Under the pieces are notes generated by a model. That model did no database searches, was not told the DNA's origin, and saw only the letters and a program-made list of their open reading frames with translations. The position numbers and the translations under genes were made by a program. A DNA stretch of 64,000 nucleotides from Bugula neritina (taxonomy: Eukaryota > Animalia > Bryozoa): positions 8,876,698 through 8,940,697 of the forward strand of contig OZ037765.1 in NCBI GenBank assembly GCA_964035545.1. The letters are read 5' to 3'. Of the stretch, positions 58,420 to 64,000 are shown one piece after another (position 1 is the first letter of the stretch; every line of letters begins with the position of its first letter).

Positions 58420-58801
58420 TCATAGGTATTTATAATAAAGTTTTACTGATGCCCACGCAAATGGAATGGATCCTGGGTTTTCAGAATTCAATAGTGGGGA
58501 ACCACTCAAAGACGATACATCAGGAGGTTTTCGACTCGTAAACGACTCTGAACATAACAATGTTAGACTAAGGTTTTTATTTGCAGTCATTATCTTTATA
58601 CCATGCTGCCAGTGAGTACCACAGCCTAGGGTATTATCTAAATTTAAAATTCCCGACTTTTTTTTAGGCTTACCCTGTAAAGCGTCTTTAGAAAAAGTCC
58701 TCTTAAAGTTGAAAACTTTTAACTTTTTCACCGCTGACTCGAGGTTAGCATTTCTGAGGGGTTTGTTTATTTGGAAGAATTCTATCGTGTATTCGTATCA
58801 T
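58420..58801 (-). pseudogene. Polinton adenain-like cysteine protease, with the C-terminal catalytic Cys region lost
   Basis: MIRIHDRILPNK..PLRNANLE...FSKDAL...SGILNLDNTLGCGTHW. Confidence 0.8.
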
Positions 58802-58917
58802 TTATTTAGGTCGTCTTACTCGCCGTGGTGCGAGACGCTTTGTTAACTTTTGAAATCGAAAGTTTTTTTTCACAATCTTACCAAAATTGGTGCATATAAT
58901 AAAAAAACAATTTAGCC

Positions 58918-60193
58918 TCATTGATATTTATTATATCCATAAGGAATTGTATTTATTCCATCATCCAGTATAATTTTTTTATCATCCTTGGCATACAAGG
59001 CTACTTTGTTTATAGTTTCAGCGTACATCGTATGCTTATGACTTCTTAGAACATTCATCATTCGATGCTGACCGAGTTGTGTCTTAAGGCATTCTAGATA
59101 ATCGTCAAATGTTATACATATGTATGAGTACAACTTGGTGCAAATACCTAAAAACTTAATTATTTGTTTACCACCGGCTTCATCTTTAAACACACCTATT
59201 TTCTTTTTGTTCTTGCCCGTTGGTATACCCGATTTATGGCCTTTCAAATAATTACTTGTATCAAACATAGATTCTACATCTTGAGATATGTCTTTGTAAA
59301 AATCATCAGTCTGCATGCGATACATTAGGCTATCCGTGTCTGTAAACAACAACTGCGCATTTGTACCATAATTTGGTTTGATGCAGCCATAGTGAAAGTC
59401 ATACATTAATATTTTGTTGATATCCAAGATCGCCGCTCCTAAATATACGGGTTTGTCAAACTCTAGTTTCGTTACATTCATATGAACGGCTACGAGATTA
59501 TTAGAAAATATTGTTCAGCCTATGTAGTTTAACTGAGCTGTTAATTTTTTAGTTTGACTTTTTTCGCTAATGAGTTTACATCAATTTGATTACGATTATT
59601 TTCCATTGTCTTACCGAACACCGAGTTATTCATGAGATTGAAAGCGTCTTTTTCGAAATCACTTTGAGCTTGAGCCCGCAGCTTCGTATTTTTTTCTATG
59701 TAGTCTTTAAGTTTATCAGATTTGTCAAAAGTTATACCTCTATAAATCTTTGTAAGTTTTAAGCCGTATTTAAGACACTGCTATAGCGCCTTGTAGTGTA
59801 GAACATAATTTTTCTTATCTCTTAAGTTTGGAATAAATTTTTCTACCCCGTAATTATTAGCTTTTTCGGGCAAAATGAATAATCTTTATGAAGGTCGTGC
59901 AACGTGTTTGGATACTCTAAATCTACCTCTAAAAAGCTAGGTGGTAAAGTTCCACCTTTCTCTAGGTTCTGACAATGCTCATCGGTCATCCACTTAAATT
60001 TGCCGACTGGTACCTTTTGAGACATAGCGTACACCTGTATAAATTGTTAGCGTCCAAGTACGTAATATAACTCGTAGACTTATCAGGAACATAATTTTTC
60101 ATGTACGAGTTATTTGCTCGAGCATGTCTATGACTAATCATGCTTACTTCACCTCTAATTCCTTTCTCAAAGAGAAGTGATTTTTCGACATAG
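58918..60193 (-). pseudogene. Polinton protein-primed DNA polymerase B (C-terminal polymerase domain)
   Basis: FEKGIRG...YLDANNLY...LEVDLEYP...NLMNNSVFGKTMEN...KPVYLGAAILD...LLFTDTDSL...GVFKDE. Cut at 60193 by the LTR. Confidence 0.95.
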
Positions 60194-60499
60194 TGTTATA
60201 ATTTTCAGATTTAGGGTTGATGTGCTATCCAGAGAGTCTATTTATCTAGTATAGAACTGCACCAGGCTAAGTCGAGTGAACGAGTATATTTTATACACAA
60301 CTATACATTACAAAAACACGATACATTATTTCCAACAAGTTACACATCTAATCTATTTCACACTCTAGCTTCGACTGAGTTAGCAGCGGGAAACTACAAT
60401 TGCTGCTAACTATCAACTACGCTAATTGGCTATCCATTGTTCCGGGTCAATTACGCGACCCTACATGTTGTGCTGCTGGTAGTTCCACGAACCACCACA
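60194..60499 (-). repeat. 3' LTR (306 bp, TGT...ACA)
   Basis: Bounded by TG and CA. The adjacent purine-rich tract GGTGGGGGCGG (minus strand, 60500-60510) is the PPT. The 5' LTR is outside the window. Confidence 0.85.
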
Positions 60500-60788
60500 C
60501 CGCCCCCACCAGCAGAAAGCCATCTTTCTGATATATATATAAAAAAAAACATTCAATAGTAATTGCATACATCAGTGGACAAAATAACACATAACATACA
60601 GGAAGAGACATAATAATAGACAGAGTCAGTATAACGATCCGTTGCATACAATTGGCCAGCTGTAGATAGACGAGGAATACTAGCTAGCTGTGGTGTTAGA
60701 CAGGGGATAACCTGTTAAGCAGTCAAACATTTACATGACATCTGGGCTTCTCCCAAGAGGCGGAGTTGGAGTACTCCGGGTAGTCTAA

Positions 60789-61555
60789 CTAGAGTCCTTG
60801 TTGGGCACGCCGGTGCTTGGCTTGGCATGTACGCAGTTTCCGTTTCATACGGCATACGGATCCCTTTAGCTGGAAGAGTCCTGTGGTAGTGTTAAGTAGA
60901 TCTGGTGCCAGCTGGGTGAACTCTTCTTGTAATCGTAGGAGGCGTTCTTCTACTGTAGCCAGGCGTACTGGGTCTGGGGACGGTGTCCGTCTGCGGCGCA
61001 AGGGTGGACTGGGGGACCTGGTTCGTCTCTTCGCCGGTGTAGGGGAGATCTCTCCTTCTTCTGGATATGTAATTGGAGGGCGGTCAGACACCAACGGGGA
61101 TTGTTGGCGGGCGTTGTCTAACACACGTTGGAACCCCGAGGACAGAACGGCTAACAACATGGCCTTCTTCACCAGAGGCCGTATAAGTGTGAGGAACTCC
61201 GGGTATAGCTTAGCGTCGACCACGTAGTTTTCTCCAGGGAAACAGCCCGCCGCTCTGTGTCTGGTGACGGGGTAGGGATACACATCATTGTACCCGCAGG
61301 GGCAGAATGTCAGTAGGAGATGAGCATTGACGTGTAGTTTAAGGGAGCGGTGAGAGGCGCAATCTTCACCACAGATCTGGCATCTCGTCCGTCCTCTGGA
61401 CCCCCAGGCTGTTTCTATTTCTTCTTCGGTTTGTGGGGACACCCACCGCCAACGGCGGCGTAGTGGCTCAGGCCGGTCACCACTAGCATAGTCCTCCGGA
61501 TACGGAGCGGGAAGTGTTCTATCCCGTACCCTGGTTGTAGCGGGTCGAGTGTAAT
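60789..61555 (-). CDS. Extra retrotransposon ORF in the env position: C2H2 zinc finger(s), RS/P-rich basic tract and coiled coil; probably expressed by splicing
   Basis: Open frame of about 255 codons with CQICGEDCASHRSLKLHVNAH, CPCGY...TRH, RRTRSPSPPLRRRRTPSP and LATVEERLLRLQEEF. No ATG near the start. Preceded by TACTAAC...TTTTTCAG. Confidence 0.75.
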
Positions 61556-61868
61556 CTGAAAAAGTTTCAACAGTGTTAGTACAGTACACTGCTGTGTTGT
61601 CAGCTTGAACAGCTTGGCAACTCCTAATTCAGTTACCTCGTAGAGATTAATGATAGTGAATAGTCAGATAGAACCGTATTGCAATGAGATTATAAAAATC
61701 TCTAAGTCAAACTGAGTTCTTACTACGGTATTTCACTAACCTATCTCCAGCTCGATTGACTCAGTGAGTCAGAGCTGAGCGATGCAATCTAGTTTCGTAT
61801 TAAGATATAGTTAACTCACCCCACGATCTGTTGTCGTAAGACATACTGAATATGTGAAATGGTTTGAA

Positions 61869-64000
61869 CTACTGCTTAGAAACACGTCTACTCTTGACTG
61901 CATCAGCGTATGAAAAGATCGAGCAACGTGGTTGGGGTGCGTGATTAAGACTTTGTGCACCCGGCGGATGAATTTTATTTCTATTTCCGCCGATGTAAAA
62001 GTTGATATTTCTGTGGTGTTGACAACTCCCACATTTGCTCGATTCTTTTCTCGTACGGCTTTCCCCTAGACTTTCATGCGTGCCGCTTTTAACGCAGTCA
62101 CATACGAAGTCCTTCAAGTATGCGGGGGGTTGCCTCGTACGCTGTCCCCTTTCTAGGGGGGGTGACACGCTTGCCGGTTCGTTAGTAGGGGCCTCTAATG
62201 GCGTCTCTACTTCACCGTCAGCAGTCACCTCTTCTTGTTCTCCGGATGGAGCCCCTCCCTCCGTGGGGGTTTGCACTTCCGGAACCGGCTCGGTTTCTGG
62301 AAGTGATGGAATTAGACTTGGCGGTGGCGGACACGCTTCCGTTGGTAGAAGCTGCCGCTCCTCTCTCACCAAGTTTTCTTCCCGCGGTATGACCACTTCG
62401 TATTCAGGTCCATGCCGCCGTCGCCCGCGCGTTGTTGTCTGCCTCCTGGGCTCTAACAACGGGGGGGGGCTTCTCCCACTCCGCCGGGGCTAGCCCAATA
62501 CGGTTTCAAGCGAGACTCATTCTGGATAGATACCTGTCCTGAGCGCTCGATCTTGTACGTATGATTGGGCATAGCCTCGACGACCACGTAGGGGCCTACG
62601 AACTTAGGCTTCAGCTTATCAGCCTGTCCGCGGCGCCTACGGTAATTGACCATCCACACCTTATCTCCCCTTTGATAGAGAGGGGGTTCATCGGAATCTT
62701 CGTGCCGCACCTTCCACTGCTGTTGACGCAGTATATCGTGTGCGGCCTTCATCCGTTCCACTAGTTCACTGGCATACTCGTGAACCGAGTTGTCTTGCTC
62801 TGGAACGTGATAGGTGAGATGGTCAGGGACACGAGTCTCTCTCCCGAGCATCAAGAGGTTTGGGGTCTCACCAGTACTGGTGTGTGGGGTGCTACGATAT
62901 GCACGCATGACTTGCGGCAACACCGTATCCCATTCCTCTTGACCTCGTCCAAGGAGGAGACTCCGGAGCGCATCACCTAGCATCCGGTTGTTGCGCTCCA
63001 CCACCCCGTTACCTTGAGGGTGGTAGGGGGTGGTCCTGCTCTGATTTACTCCCCAGAGATGGCAAAGGTCGCTCATCAGTTGAGACTGGAATTGAGCGCC
63101 TTGATCAGAGTGTATCTGTTCGGGAATCCCAAAATAACAGAATACATGTTGGTCTAGTGCCCTGGCCACTGTTGGGGCTGATGCATCTGGGATAGCCAGA
63201 GCATCCGCCCACCTAGTAAAGTGGTCGGTTAGTACTAGGATCCAATTATTGCCTCTGGGGGTCAGGGGCATGGGTCCGACCAGGTCTACAGCGACTACTT
63301 GCCAGGGCCTACCAGCATATAGCCTCCGCCGTCCTGCTTCACCAGGGGGGCGGCTATGCTTACTGGCCTGGCAGATCTCACACTGTTTGACTCTGAGCCG
63401 GACGTCACGCTCCATCTGCGGCCAATACCATCGGAGTCGTAATTTGGATATCACTCGCTTGACCCCTGCGTGGGCCTGCTTGTGAGTATCCCAAATCAAC
63501 TCACGGCGGATGGCTGTGGGGCAGACTACCCTCTTCCTTTCCGGGTGTCTGACGCTGGCAGCTAGAGAGATGGTTAGCAACCCATCCTGCCCGATCCGCA
63601 GCGAGTCCCAACGCTGACAGTATAGCCGGAACTCGGCGCATCCCTGTCGTGTGCGTTCCTCGCTGGGTCGTCGCCCTTCCCTTTTGGCCCGGTATATGTC
63701 TGCCACGACTCCAGGCAGCTCTTCTTGGAGCTTCTTCAGCTCTCGAACATTACCGGCCAGTACAGGGTTGGCGCGGAGGTTTTGTACATCCTCCGGGGAC
63801 TCATCAACTCTTTGCCTGAGTTGACCTTGATCCCAGTCAAACGGCGCTCCGTGATGAGCCAGCGTCTCCAACTCGCATCGTGGGGGACCTCCATCCCTCC
63901 TCTCGATGTTGAGACACTGTTTGCAACCTCCGTCAGGTCGGCGACTCAACCCATCCGCATTGCTGTGTCTCTTGCCCGGTCGGTGTTCGATCCGGTACGA
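61869..64000 (-). CDS. pol: Gypsy Pol: end of RNase H, integrase (HHCC, DDE, GPY/F) and C-terminal tail, with a 1-nt frameshift in a C9 run at 62461-62469
   Basis: HRPGKRHSNADGLSRR, HKQAHAG...CEIC, VAVDLVGP, IHSDQGAQF, GVVERNNR, KFVGPY. The tail RTRQPPAYLKDFV lies in the shifted frame 61869-62459. Confidence 0.95.

Larger units (their letters stand above)
50833..60193. mobile_element. Decayed endogenous Polinton/Maverick (adintovirus-like) element
   Basis: Compact intronless cluster of ATPase, PLA2, rve integrase, MCP, penton, X-like, fibre-like, cysteine protease and pPolB remnants. The left end is truncated and the right part is interrupted by an LTR element. Confidence 0.95.
60194..64000 (-). 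mobile_element. Ty3/gypsy LTR retrotransposon (3' part), inserted in the Polinton pPolB
   Basis: End of RNase H, integrase, an extra ORF, PPT and 3' LTR in the expected order. GC-rich with nearly intact ORFs. Confidence 0.95.

Noticed and set aside
60817-63485. Plus-strand ORFs overlapping the gypsy genes
   Set aside because: Antisense shadows of GC-rich coding sequence with no recognisable motifs.

Overview
AT-rich, intron-containing animal (invertebrate-type) genomic DNA. The left 50 kb holds host genes: the large CUT-domain exon of a ONECUT/HNF6 gene (-), a complete 5-exon LIX1L/lowfat gene (-), an FKBP4/5-like TPR co-chaperone that seems to lack its FK1 PPIase domain (-), an ankyrin-repeat/SOCS-box gene (-), a probable CDT1 pseudogene fragment next to a decayed copy of an ankyrin/SOCS exon, and a tetraspanin locus (+). 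The tetraspanin locus has one intact gene plus a diverged duplicate with a candidate new first exon and three tandem, splice-competent copies of the large-extracellular-loop exon. From about 50.8 kb to 60.2 kb lies a decayed endogenous Polinton/Maverick (adintovirus-like) element: packaging ATPase, PLA2 protein, integrase, major and minor capsid, protein-X-like, fibre-like, cysteine protease and pPolB. Six of its seven recognisable gene starts read TAAATG and the seventh has decayed to TAAATC. It carries nested MITE and LINE insertions, and its pPolB is interrupted by a young Ty3/gypsy LTR retrotransposon (-) that has an extra C2H2-zinc-finger ORF in the env position behind a strong splice acceptor. 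Scattered LINE fragments, a SINE, MITEs and simple repeats complete the window. All calls come from manual translation and motif recognition; no database searches were run.
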